42,003 nt of DNA from Candidatus Peribacteria bacterium RIFCSPHIGHO2_02_FULL_51_15 (GCA_001788965.1 MFXU01000014.1:1-42003), one strand, 5' to 3'. Numbered from the stretch's first letter, positions 16,614 through 25,055 are shown. Numbers and translations: made by a program. The notes: generated from the sequence alone by a model not told the origin.

Positions 16614-16691
16614 AAATTGTTAAATTGCTAAAAATGCAGGAAATGCGCCTTTCGCTTGCGAACAATTTAGCAATTTAACAATTTAGCAATT
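16614..16691. repeat. Octamer-word palindromic element
   Basis: AAATTGTTAAATTGCTAAA (16614-16632) is perfectly complementary to TTTAGCAATTTAACAATTT within the right arm 16661-16691. The ~26-nt centre ends in CGCTTGCGAAC. Confidence 0.85.
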
Positions 16692-16733
16692 CTGTCGGGG
16701 GGTGATAATAATTAGCAGTCCGTCAGATTTTTC

Positions 16734-17354
16734 TCAGCAGCTAACGCTGTTCTCCGAGAGTACGCACAGATTTTCCTGGCAGTAATGCCAGCGCATCAAA
16801 TGGTCCGAGCAAGTCGGCAGAGGACAACTGTCGCATCCTCCCGAAACGGAAAAATCATCAGGGAAAAGAGTCACGGAAGACCGGAATTGTCTGGAAAATT
16901 GGCTGCGCTGTACCAGTGACAGCGTGGTAACCATGTCAAAAGACACGACGATGCTTCCGTTCGGCGTATTTTCGAAACTGAGGTTTTGGATATTCACCCG
17001 GTCATGTAGCAGATTTGAAGAAATATTTTTTTGGGTGAAAATGAGTTCCCCCGAAGCCGTTTCGGAAAAAATCGTCGGATATTCCTGGTTGGCAGCCATC
17101 TGAAGGACTATATAAGAGCCGCTCCCTCCCTCCGCCGGAGCCAGGACTTTTTCCGCGCGGCGTATCGTTTTGGTCAATGTTTCCAAAATCTGCGCGCCTC
17201 GTTGCTCCACTTCGGAGATTCCCTGCTGGCGGACCCGGGTTTCCTGGGTGGAGATAAAAACCGAGATAACGGTTGTAAACATTATTGAAAGAATTCCCAA
17301 AAACAGGATCATTTCGAGAAGGGAAAAGCCGGAACGGTTGTGGAAGAATTTCAT
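16734..17354 (-). CDS. Minor pilin / pseudopilin with Cys-rich C-terminus
   Basis: MKFFHNRSG|FSLLEMILFLGILSIMF prepilin-type N-terminus. The last 36 aa contain 7 Cys (SGGCDSCPLPTCSDHLMRWHYCQENLCVLSENSVSC). Confidence 0.75.
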   Translation of the reverse strand: MKFFHNRSGFSLLEMILFLGILSIMFTTVISVFISTQETRVRQQGISEVEQRGAQILETLTKTIRRAEKVLAPAEGGSGSYIVLQMAANQEYPTIFSETASGELIFTQKNISSNLLHDRVNIQNLSFENTPNGSIVVSFDMVTTLSLVQRSQFSRQFRSSVTLFPDDFSVSGGCDSCPLPTCSDHLMRWHYCQENLCVLSENSVSC

Positions 17355-17372
17355 AATGAAAAAAGGAGGCCC

Positions 17373-17495
17373 GATTGCTAAATTGTTAAATTGCCAAATT
17401 GTTTAACAGGAAACAACGCATGTTTCACTTGCCTGCCCACCGAAGCCTTGGCGAAGGTGGGCGAACAATTTAACAATTTAGCAATATAACAATTC
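17373..17495. repeat. Octamer-word palindromic element
   Basis: The left arm gattgcta aattgtta aattgcca aattgttt and the right arm gaacaatttaacaatttagcaatataacaattc share a 20-bp perfect inverted repeat. The centre contains the hairpin GCCCACC...GGTGGGC. Confidence 0.85.
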
Positions 17496-17526
17496 TTCTG
17501 GTCTTTGGTTAAAGACGAAAAATTTA

Positions 17527-18054
17527 TCAGTTGCATAAAGAGAAGGAGGGAACTTCCTGCATCGATGTGATAAGCGTTTTGGGAAGTATCTGGTCGATGG
17601 CTGTTTCCAGACGACGGGTTACGTCGCCCGAAATGCCAATGGTGCATAGATACCTGTCATTGTTTCCAGTGCCGCTTATCAAAAGGATGCCGCACCGTCC
17701 CTTAGGCGAATCCAGCGTGACGTTTCCCGGGTAATTCGGCGACTCTCTAAGCCTGAGCAACGCATATTCGGTGCAAGCCTGAGCTTCTGCCATGGCCTGC
17801 TTGGATTGCTGCACCGAAAGCGAGACCTGATTGGCCGATATGCCGAGCAGCAGCAGTGTGGAGAGGACCGCCGAAGCAATGGCTCCGATGACGACGATCG
17901 AGATCAGGAGGATATAGCCGGGCGAAGACAATTGACCCGCCTTCGCCCCGGCAAGCCAGGGGCTATGGCAGGGCAGGCAATTGACAATTGACAATTGACA
18001 ATTTTTTGAATTTTCCCTGGGTGGAGGCCTTCTGAAAATTATCAATTTATTCAT
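17527..18054 (-). CDS. PilX-like pilus-associated protein (N-terminal hydrophobic helix)
   Basis: Hydrophobic segment GYILLISIVVIGAIASAVLSTLLLLG followed by a ~110-aa domain. The first 41 codons run through the CAATTGA heptamer tract (17978-18003). An in-frame TTG at 17931 is a plausible real start. Confidence 0.55.
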   Translation of the reverse strand: MNKLIIFRRPPPRENSKNCQLSIVNCLPCHSPWLAGAKAGQLSSPGYILLISIVVIGAIASAVLSTLLLLGISANQVSLSVQQSKQAMAEAQACTEYALLRLRESPNYPGNVTLDSPKGRCGILLISGTGNNDRYLCTIGISGDVTRRLETAIDQILPKTLITSMQEVPSFSLCN

Positions 18055-18057
18055 TGA

Positions 18058-19608
18058 TTAGGGTCCGGGAGCGAAGACCATGAATGACGACGGGGTGACC
18101 AAAAAAAGCCGGTCTTTTTGCCAGTCATAGAAAATCCCGTTTACGGCCGCTTCCGCATCAAAAGTTTTTAGTATGGCGGCTCCGTTTTGTTCCAGTTTTA
18201 TCCGGTCGATGACCCTTAGCTGCGCCCCGTCCGCATTGCCGGCCGCAAAATCATACCGGCCGAAAGTCCGGTCCAGGCTGCGGATGTCGCCGTTCATTTC
18301 CAGTGTCCACGGTCCCGGCGGAAAGGCGGGAACAGGCGAATTTTCCGTGGAATACATTGTCAGTTCGTCTATCCCCGTTCCGTCGAACCGGCCGACTATG
18401 GCCGCCGTGCCGGAGATGGCCACCGAAGCGGCATCCTGAACATCCGTCATATCAGCTCCTACTCCGTTTGCAAATTTCAGGCGCACGGGATCGGCTACAG
18501 AGATCACCATCAGCTCGGCGGAATTATTGGACGAGGCGATGTACGCATAATTTCCGCTCAAGGTTATATCCAGCACGCTGCCGGTCACATGCAGTGAATC
18601 CAAGAGGCTCAAACCGCCTGTTTCGCTCATCCGGAGCGCATAAAATTGGTCATTCGGAGGCTCATCCAGCGTGCCGACGAAGACGTTGTTCCCGTAAACG
18701 GCGACCGATCTGGCCTTTCCGATTCCGGGGAGGTCGAAGCTCATAACCAGATTTGCGGAGCTGAGATTTTCCGGAGAAGAAACGTCGTAAACCTGTATCT
18801 CTTTCGCGATGTCATCGGTTGCAACGTAGAGCTTTCCGTCTTCGACGACCGATTCAAACCCGGATGCGTACAGGGTAAATGACACGGCGACCTGAAGCGG
18901 TGACGCCGGATTAGTAACGTCGTAAACATAAAGGCCTTTACCGCCGGATGCGGCGCTGCCGGTCAGATATGCGAAGTTTCCGCCGACTGAGATTTTTTGA
19001 AGATCCGGTGATCCGGCGACGGTGATATTTGCGATTCGGGACATATCAGCCCAGTCGCCCAAAGGCGATGTCTTACGCCAGTCGGTCAGATAAGTTGTCA
19101 AAGCCGAAGTGCCGCTTCTGGACTCGCCGAAGCGCCAACTGACGACGGATGTCACTTCCAGCCAATCAGGCGCAAGCGAGACGATTTCCACTTTGGTTTC
19201 GTAACCGTTTTCGTAACCGGAAGTTCCGGAAATAACCCAGCCGGTTGAAGTTTTTTGCAGGCCGTGAGTGCCGACGGGTATGAAATCAAAATTCTGATTT
19301 CTGATTCCCCTGACCGCTTCCAGCTGTTGTTCCGCGAGGAATGCCGCCCGGATGCGGTCGCCACCTTTCAGCGTGGATCCTTCGCCGAGCACCAGTGAAA
19401 AACCGATCCCGGCGAGAAAAATGGTGAATACCCCGATGGCCAGGACGGCCTCGAGGAGCAGGCTGCCTTCCCTCCCCCCGGCCTTGCTCCGCCACTGGCG
19501 GTTGCGACCGCCGTGGCTTCGCTCGTCCACCCCTCTCCCGCGGGGAGAGGGGTTGAAGGCGAGAGAATTTTCCCCCCCGGCCGGGCAATTGCGGATAGCA
19601 GGACGCAT
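18058..19608 (-). CDS. Pseudopilin-like protein with LVIVD-repeat beta-propeller
   Basis: Prepilin-like REG|SLLLEAVLAIGVFTIFLAG, then at least 5 LVIVD-type repeats (for example GNFAYLTGSAASGGKGLYVYDVTNPASP, DGKLYVATDDIAKEIQVYDVSSPENL, GNYAYIASSNNSAELMVISVADPVRL). The start is uncertain: ATG 19608 or in-frame GTG 19530. Confidence 0.7.
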   Translation of the reverse strand: MRPAIRNCPAGGENSLAFNPSPRGRGVDERSHGGRNRQWRSKAGGREGSLLLEAVLAIGVFTIFLAGIGFSLVLGEGSTLKGGDRIRAAFLAEQQLEAVRGIRNQNFDFIPVGTHGLQKTSTGWVISGTSGYENGYETKVEIVSLAPDWLEVTSVVSWRFGESRSGTSALTTYLTDWRKTSPLGDWADMSRIANITVAGSPDLQKISVGGNFAYLTGSAASGGKGLYVYDVTNPASPLQVAVSFTLYASGFESVVEDGKLYVATDDIAKEIQVYDVSSPENLSSANLVMSFDLPGIGKARSVAVYGNNVFVGTLDEPPNDQFYALRMSETGGLSLLDSLHVTGSVLDITLSGNYAYIASSNNSAELMVISVADPVRLKFANGVGADMTDVQDAASVAISGTAAIVGRFDGTGIDELTMYSTENSPVPAFPPGPWTLEMNGDIRSLDRTFGRYDFAAGNADGAQLRVIDRIKLEQNGAAILKTFDAEAAVNGIFYDWQKDRLFLVTPSSFMVFAPGP

Positions 19609-19615
19609 ATATTAT

Positions 19616-20881
19616 TTATCTTCCCACCGATCCGACGATGGAATAAATAGGCACGATGATGGCGAAAGCTATGGTTCCGACTATGCCTCCGATGAAAATC
19701 AAAAGCATCGGTTCCAAAACCACCGGCAGGCGCTGGGCGGATTCTTCGGCTTTTTTTTCATAAATCTCGGCGATGCGGAGCAGCATTTCCGCCATCTTCC
19801 CGGATTTTTCACCGGTCACGATGAGCTGCTGCACCGAAACCGGAATCAGTTTTTTTGTTTCCTTCAAATTTGCGAAAGACAGCGCGAATGACTGCCCGAC
19901 CTCTATGGAGTCCGCCAGACGGTAATAAAACCGGCGGTAGTATACCGTGTCGGTGACGTCGGCCATCGAACGGATCGATTCGACCAGCGGCACGCCGGCG
20001 CGGATCAGGCTGCCGAGTATCACCCCGAAGCGGGCGATGGTCGCGGCGCGCGCCATGGTCCCGACGCCCGGAATATGAAAAATAAACTGCTGGACCGGCC
20101 CCTTTAGCGGCGTGTATTTGCACACGGCGAAAATCATGCACATGGCGCCGAAGAATGACGGAACGGCGACTCCGCCATGAAGCTTGAAAAAATTGGCGAT
20201 GACGATGATCACACGGGTTACCAGCGGAAGCTTCGCATTAAGCGAGATCAGAACCGACACCAGCTGCGGCAACACGAACCAGGCGAGACCCAGAGTGATG
20301 ATCGCCGTGAGTACCAGGACGATCGACGGATAAATCATCGCCATCCGCACTTTTGATCTGAGCGACCGGTCTTTTTCCTGCTGGACCGACAGGTACTCCA
20401 TGTTTTTACTGAGCGAGCCGGCCTCTTCGCCGATGCGGATCATCGCCAGGGCATAGGGCGAAAAGAAGCTGCGGTTGTCCATCGCCCGCCAGAGAGCGAT
20501 GCCGCTTTCGACTTCCTGGATTATCTGCGCCACGACTTTTTTCATCGGTTTGGATTTCAGTTCGGCGTGCAGGGCTCTGAGGGCGTCGATGACCGAAATT
20601 CCCGAGTTCAGAAGTATCGCCAGATTCTCGATGAAATTCGCCCGCTCCCGGCCGAGGCCGATGGATCCCAGGGTATCCAGGATTTTTTTTAAGCCGCTTT
20701 TTTTCGATGTATTCAGTTTGGCCGTCATATCTTTTTTTTCTTCATTTTTTTCCGGACTGGTTTCGGGCTTGGCTAAAATATCGGAACCAGACTTTGTTTC
20801 CTCTTTCTTTTCATCGGGGCGGTTCGATTCTTTCACCCCTCCTGTTTCACTTGCCTTTGGATGGCCGTTTTTTCCTGACAT
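19616..20881 (-). CDS. pilC: Type IV pilus platform protein PilC (GspF family)
   Basis: 421-aa ORF with two T2SSF-type repeats and 3 TM regions. It has a K/E-rich ~50-aa N-terminal extension. The first 35 nt overlap the pilB 3' end; alternative start ATG 20728. Confidence 0.9.
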   Translation of the reverse strand: MSGKNGHPKASETGGVKESNRPDEKKEETKSGSDILAKPETSPEKNEEKKDMTAKLNTSKKSGLKKILDTLGSIGLGRERANFIENLAILLNSGISVIDALRALHAELKSKPMKKVVAQIIQEVESGIALWRAMDNRSFFSPYALAMIRIGEEAGSLSKNMEYLSVQQEKDRSLRSKVRMAMIYPSIVLVLTAIITLGLAWFVLPQLVSVLISLNAKLPLVTRVIIVIANFFKLHGGVAVPSFFGAMCMIFAVCKYTPLKGPVQQFIFHIPGVGTMARAATIARFGVILGSLIRAGVPLVESIRSMADVTDTVYYRRFYYRLADSIEVGQSFALSFANLKETKKLIPVSVQQLIVTGEKSGKMAEMLLRIAEIYEKKAEESAQRLPVVLEPMLLIFIGGIVGTIAFAIIVPIYSIVGSVGR

Positions 20882-22646
20882 TTTTTGGGAAGAAAATGGA
20901 TTCCGGAGGAGCGGCGACCCGCATAAGTTCTTCGATAGTCGTGAGCCCGGCTTTTACTTTATCCAGCCCGTCCTCGAAGAGGAACATCATGCCGTTTTCC
21001 CGGGCTTTGAGCAGAATGTCAGTGGATGATGCTCTGGCGATGATCAATTCCTCTATGGGCTTGTTTACCTCCAGCAGTTCGTAGATTCCTACCCGGCCGC
21101 GGTAGCCCGTGTTGCCGCAGGCATCACAGCCTTTTCCGCGATAAAGATGCACCGGTTCATCGGATGGGAAATAATGCTCGGCGCCCTTGAAAAGCGTGCG
21201 CGCCTCCGCCGCGGTGATGGCGAAACTGAACCGGCATTTCGGACAGATGCGCCGGGTGAGCCGCTGCGCGACGATCACTTCCAGAGTGGAAGCGAGCAAA
21301 AAAGGCTCGACGCCCATGTCGATCAGCCGCGGGATGGCGGTGGCCGAGTCGTTCGCATGCAGAGTGGAAAAGAGCAGGTGGCCGGTGAGAGCGGCGTTCA
21401 CCGCGATGGTTGCGGTTTCGGTGTCGCGGATTTCCCCGACGAGAATGATGTCCGGGTCCTGCCGGACCAGCGCGCGGAGCCCCTTGGCGAAGGTCAGTCC
21501 GGTCTGGGTGTTTACCTGGATGTGGTTTATTCCCGGTATTTTGTATTCCACCGGATCTTCGATGGTCGACACATTCACGTCCGGACGGTTGCGCATTTTG
21601 ATCAGACCGTAGAGCGTCGTGGATTTACCGGCTCCCGTCGGTCCGGTCGATATGATCATGCCGAACGGTTTGTGGGCGGCCTTTTCCAGTATTTCGCGGT
21701 AGTGGTCGGAAAATCCCAGATCGGCCAGAGTCAGGTTGCGGACGTATTCGGACAAAAGACGCATCACGACCTTTTCTCCGTCGATAATCGGTATTATTGA
21801 AACGCGGACATCCATCGTTCCGCTTCTGGACTTATAGCGGATGGCTCCGTCCTGCGCGGCGAAATGTTCGTCGATTCTGAGGTTGGATTCGATCTTTATC
21901 CGGTTGACGATCCCCTCGTAGAACGGTTTCGGCAATCTGCCGGCCTCATGCATGACGCCGTCGACCCGGAACCTGACGATCACGTCTTTTTCCTGCGGCT
22001 CGAAGTGGATGTCCGAAGCCTTCAGTCCCATGGCGTCCTCGAAAATTTCCTCGAGAATTTCCGGAGCGACCTGTTTTTGGTTTTCGATGATGGCCTGGAA
22101 ACGGGTGGCCAGCGGCTTGTGATACAGCGAGAATGCCCCGCCGACGGAAGATTTCGGGGCGTAAACCAGTTTTAATTTTCCGGCGAACTTTTTACCTTCG
22201 GTTTTTATGGCCTTGCCCCAGAATCCGCGACGGGATTTTTCCGCTTCTTTCGCCGCTGAGCCGGTGAGCACCATTAGATTTTGGCCGACATTTGCGCGGA
22301 TGGCCTCTTCCAGGCCTTCCTGGGACGGGTCCGAGGTGGCGACAGTGATTTCTTTTTCGTCGTATGCGACGGCCACCGATGAGAAGCTTCTGGCGAAATC
22401 TTCGGGCAGCACGGCCACGATTTCCCTGGATGGAGGTTTGCCTATCAGATCGTAAAATGGCAGCTTGAAAAATTCGGAAAGCGCGTTTTCCAGCAGGTCG
22501 GAGGTCAGAAGCCGCCGTTCAAAAAGGATGGTCCGGATATCCACCAGGCGTTCTTCGGCTTCGAGCAAAACGTCCTTCAGTTCCGCTTCGGAAAGATAGC
22601 TCTGCTGGACCAGTATTTTGCCGAGTTCGGCGTTGTTGAGTTGCAT
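20847..22646 (-). CDS. pilB: Type IV pilus assembly ATPase PilB (GspE family)
   Basis: 599-aa ORF with an N-terminal T2SE_N/MshEN-like domain, Walker A GPTGAGKST, Walker B/Asp and His boxes, and tetracysteine CPKC...CDACGNTGYRGR. Confidence 0.95.
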   Translation of the reverse strand: MQLNNAELGKILVQQSYLSEAELKDVLLEAEERLVDIRTILFERRLLTSDLLENALSEFFKLPFYDLIGKPPSREIVAVLPEDFARSFSSVAVAYDEKEITVATSDPSQEGLEEAIRANVGQNLMVLTGSAAKEAEKSRRGFWGKAIKTEGKKFAGKLKLVYAPKSSVGGAFSLYHKPLATRFQAIIENQKQVAPEILEEIFEDAMGLKASDIHFEPQEKDVIVRFRVDGVMHEAGRLPKPFYEGIVNRIKIESNLRIDEHFAAQDGAIRYKSRSGTMDVRVSIIPIIDGEKVVMRLLSEYVRNLTLADLGFSDHYREILEKAAHKPFGMIISTGPTGAGKSTTLYGLIKMRNRPDVNVSTIEDPVEYKIPGINHIQVNTQTGLTFAKGLRALVRQDPDIILVGEIRDTETATIAVNAALTGHLLFSTLHANDSATAIPRLIDMGVEPFLLASTLEVIVAQRLTRRICPKCRFSFAITAAEARTLFKGAEHYFPSDEPVHLYRGKGCDACGNTGYRGRVGIYELLEVNKPIEELIIARASSTDILLKARENGMMFLFEDGLDKVKAGLTTIEELMRVAAPPESIFFPKNVRKKRPSKGK

Positions 22647-22649
22647 GTT

Positions 22650-23084
22650 TTAAACAGCCGCTTTTACGCGGACAAGGATTTCGGCGATCGGGGTGTTTGA
22701 TTTCACGAAATAATCGATGGCGCCGAGTGATTTGGCCTTCGCCCGGTCTTCGTCCTGGCCCAGATTGCTCAGGACGATCACCGGAACTTTGATTTTTTCC
22801 TTTTTCATTTCCTCCAGTACCGCGAAGCCGTCCATAACCGGCATGATCAGATCCAGAAGCACGAGGGCAAAGTTCTTTTTTTTGAGTTCGGCCAGAGCGT
22901 CGCTCCCGTTCGTCGCGACTTGTGTCTCGTAACCCTGTCCCTTGAGCTTCATTTCCAACGCATGGGCCAGCGGCCTTTCGTCCTCGACGATCAGTATGAG
23001 TTTGCCGTTCGATTTCGGCTTACCCGCGATGTCCGGTTTTTCCTGAGACTCCGGGGCTGAAACCTTGGTTTGTTTTTGAGCCAT
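22650..23084 (-). CDS. Stand-alone response regulator receiver (CheY-like)
   Basis: REC fold: ILIVEDE, phospho-acceptor context LVLLDLIMPVMDG, VIVLSN, and K in DYFVK. ATG 23084 was chosen because the longer ORF (to 23162) runs into MITE copy B. Confidence 0.85.
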   Translation of the reverse strand: MAQKQTKVSAPESQEKPDIAGKPKSNGKLILIVEDERPLAHALEMKLKGQGYETQVATNGSDALAELKKKNFALVLLDLIMPVMDGFAVLEEMKKEKIKVPVIVLSNLGQDEDRAKAKSLGAIDYFVKSNTPIAEILVRVKAAV

Positions 23085-23135
23085 AAATTCAAGATATTGT
23101 AGCAGAATTATGGAATTTTTACCAGTGACATGCAG

Positions 23136-23339
23136 GAAAGTGCTCACTGACCTTGCGGCCATTCGCCCTCACTCCGGCGCTGCGACGCCACCTCTCTCCC
23201 GATGGGGGAGAGAGGAATCCGTATCACACTTCATTCGGAGGTGAAGCGAAGCTCCCCTCTCCCGAGCCGCAGCGGGAGAGGGGCCGGGGATGAGGCGACA
23301 AGTTTAGCGACACCTCCTACAAGGTCAGTGAGCAGTTAC
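23136..23339. mobile_element. MITE copy B (inverted relative to A and C; TSD ACATGCAG)
   Basis: Right TIR perfect; left TIR GAAAGTGCTCACTGAC has 2 mismatches. 8/8 direct repeat ACATGCAG at 23128-23135 and 23340-23347. The interior is the reverse complement of copies A/C. Confidence 0.85.
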
Positions 23340-23405
23340 ACATGCAGGAAAGTAAGGGAGGTAAGGAAAGGCTTCAATAAACTTCTCCCAACTGATAAAC
23401 TCCCA

Positions 23406-25019
23406 ATGCCAATGCCCCGCTCTTCGTCTTCACCGCATCGACGTGCCCTGATATCGGTATTCGACAAAACCGGCATCGTCGATTTTGCGGCCTCGCTTCA
23501 GGCGGCGGGATTCCAGATCATATCTACCGGAGGAACGCAGCGAGCCCTGGAGGAAGCCGGAATCACGGTATTGAACGTCGAAAAATTAACCCAATTTCCG
23601 GAATGTTTCGGCGGGCGGCTGAAAACCATCCATCCGCTCGTAGCCGGCGGGATTTTGTACAAACGGGATGAAGAGGAGCAGGTCGCGGAGGCAAAAGAGC
23701 TGGGCATCGAGCCCGTAGACGTAGTGGTTGTAAATCTGTATCCCTTTGCCGAAACAGTCGAAAAATCCGGCTTTAAGCCGGCTCCTGGCGCCGCATTGCC
23801 CGAGGAAGTCATCGAGCAGATAGACATCGGCGGACCGATGCTTCTCCGGAGCGCGGCAAAAAATCACCACACCGTCACCGTCATCTGCGATCCGTCGGAC
23901 TACGCCGAAGTTGCCTCTCAAATAAAAGAAAAAGGAGACACTGCCGTCGAATTTCGCAGGGAACTGGCGGCGAAAGTTTTCGCTCACACGTCAGCGTACG
24001 ATTCTTTGATAGGGGAATATCTTTCGGGCGGGAAAACTGCGGGCGTTATGCTGGATAACCGCCGGACATTGAGGTACGGGGAAAATCCCCATCAGACGGG
24101 AGTTTTCTTCGATGTAATGGCACATGTAACGTTGAATCAAGAATCAAGTAATAAGCCAAAAGCCAAAAGCCAAAAGCCAAAAGCCTCTCAGTGGAAGCAA
24201 TTACAAGGCAAAGATCTGAGCTATCTGAATATTCTCGATGCCGATGCCGCCTGGCGGATGGCGATGGATTTTTCGCCGCCCACTGCGGTTTTTGTGAAGC
24301 ATGCCAATCCCTGCGGCATCGCTTCGCATGAAAAAATAGAAGAAGCGTTCCAGCGCGGTTATGACACGGACAGGCTTTCGGCTTTCGGAGTCATCATTGC
24401 CATTAACAGAAATTGTTCTGCTGAAATCGCGAAAAAAATCATCGACCAGAAAATATTCACCGAGGTCATCCTCGCGCCTTCGTTTGAACCCGGCGCCCTG
24501 GAGCTTCTCAGGCAAAAGCCGAACATCCGGGTACTGTACATGGACGGTACGGTTTTTTCCGGCGAGCCGGTTTACCGGTCGGCTTTCGGCGGCATGCTGG
24601 TTCAGGACGAAGATACGAAACAAGTGACGGCCGGGGATTTGGTTTGCGTAACCGAAAAAAAACCGACCCCGAAACAGACAGATGATCTTTTGTTTGCCTG
24701 GAAAGTGGTGAAACATGCCAAGTCGAATGCGATTGTTTTGGCCAAAGATCAGGTGAGCATCGGTATCGGCTGCGGACAGACCAGCCGGGTGGATTCGACG
24801 CACATCGCTCTCAGGCGGGCGGGTGACAGAGTCAAAGGAAGCGCTCTCGCGAGCGACGCATTTTTCCCGTTCCCGGATTCAATCGAGGAAGCGGCCAAGC
24901 ACAGCATCAGCGCCGTGATCCATCCGGGAGGATCGATACGCGACAAAGAGGTTTTCGCGAGAGCCGATGAGCTGGGGCTGGTGATGGTCGTAACTGGTAT
25001 ACGTGGATTCCGACATTAA
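23406..25019 (+). CDS. purH: Bifunctional AICAR transformylase / IMP cyclohydrolase PurH
   Basis: RALISVFDKTGIVDFA...STGGT (MGS-like domain), YGENPHQ, and the AICARFT C-terminus ending GGSIRD...VTGIRGFRH. ATG 23406 was chosen; the ORF-track start 23202 lies inside MITE B. An in-frame heptamer tract lies at 24134-24185. Confidence 0.95.
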   Translation: MPMPRSSSSPHRRALISVFDKTGIVDFAASLQAAGFQIISTGGTQRALEEAGITVLNVEKLTQFPECFGGRLKTIHPLVAGGILYKRDEEEQVAEAKELGIEPVDVVVVNLYPFAETVEKSGFKPAPGAALPEEVIEQIDIGGPMLLRSAAKNHHTVTVICDPSDYAEVASQIKEKGDTAVEFRRELAAKVFAHTSAYDSLIGEYLSGGKTAGVMLDNRRTLRYGENPHQTGVFFDVMAHVTLNQESSNKPKAKSQKPKASQWKQLQGKDLSYLNILDADAAWRMAMDFSPPTAVFVKHANPCGIASHEKIEEAFQRGYDTDRLSAFGVIIAINRNCSAEIAKKIIDQKIFTEVILAPSFEPGALELLRQKPNIRVLYMDGTVFSGEPVYRSAFGGMLVQDEDTKQVTAGDLVCVTEKKPTPKQTDDLLFAWKVVKHAKSNAIVLAKDQVSIGIGCGQTSRVDSTHIALRRAGDRVKGSALASDAFFPFPDSIEEAAKHSISAVIHPGGSIRDKEVFARADELGLVMVVTGIRGFRH

Positions 25020-25055
25020 AACTTGAATGCATAATGATCACGCTAGAATGATCGT

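Noticed and set aside
23202-23405. N-terminal extension of the purH ORF (MGERGIRITLHSEVKRSSPL...), and the twin ORF 26920-27153 with the same first 20 aa.
   Set aside because: Both are read-through of MITE copies B and C. The identical peptides come from the repeat, not from a gene.
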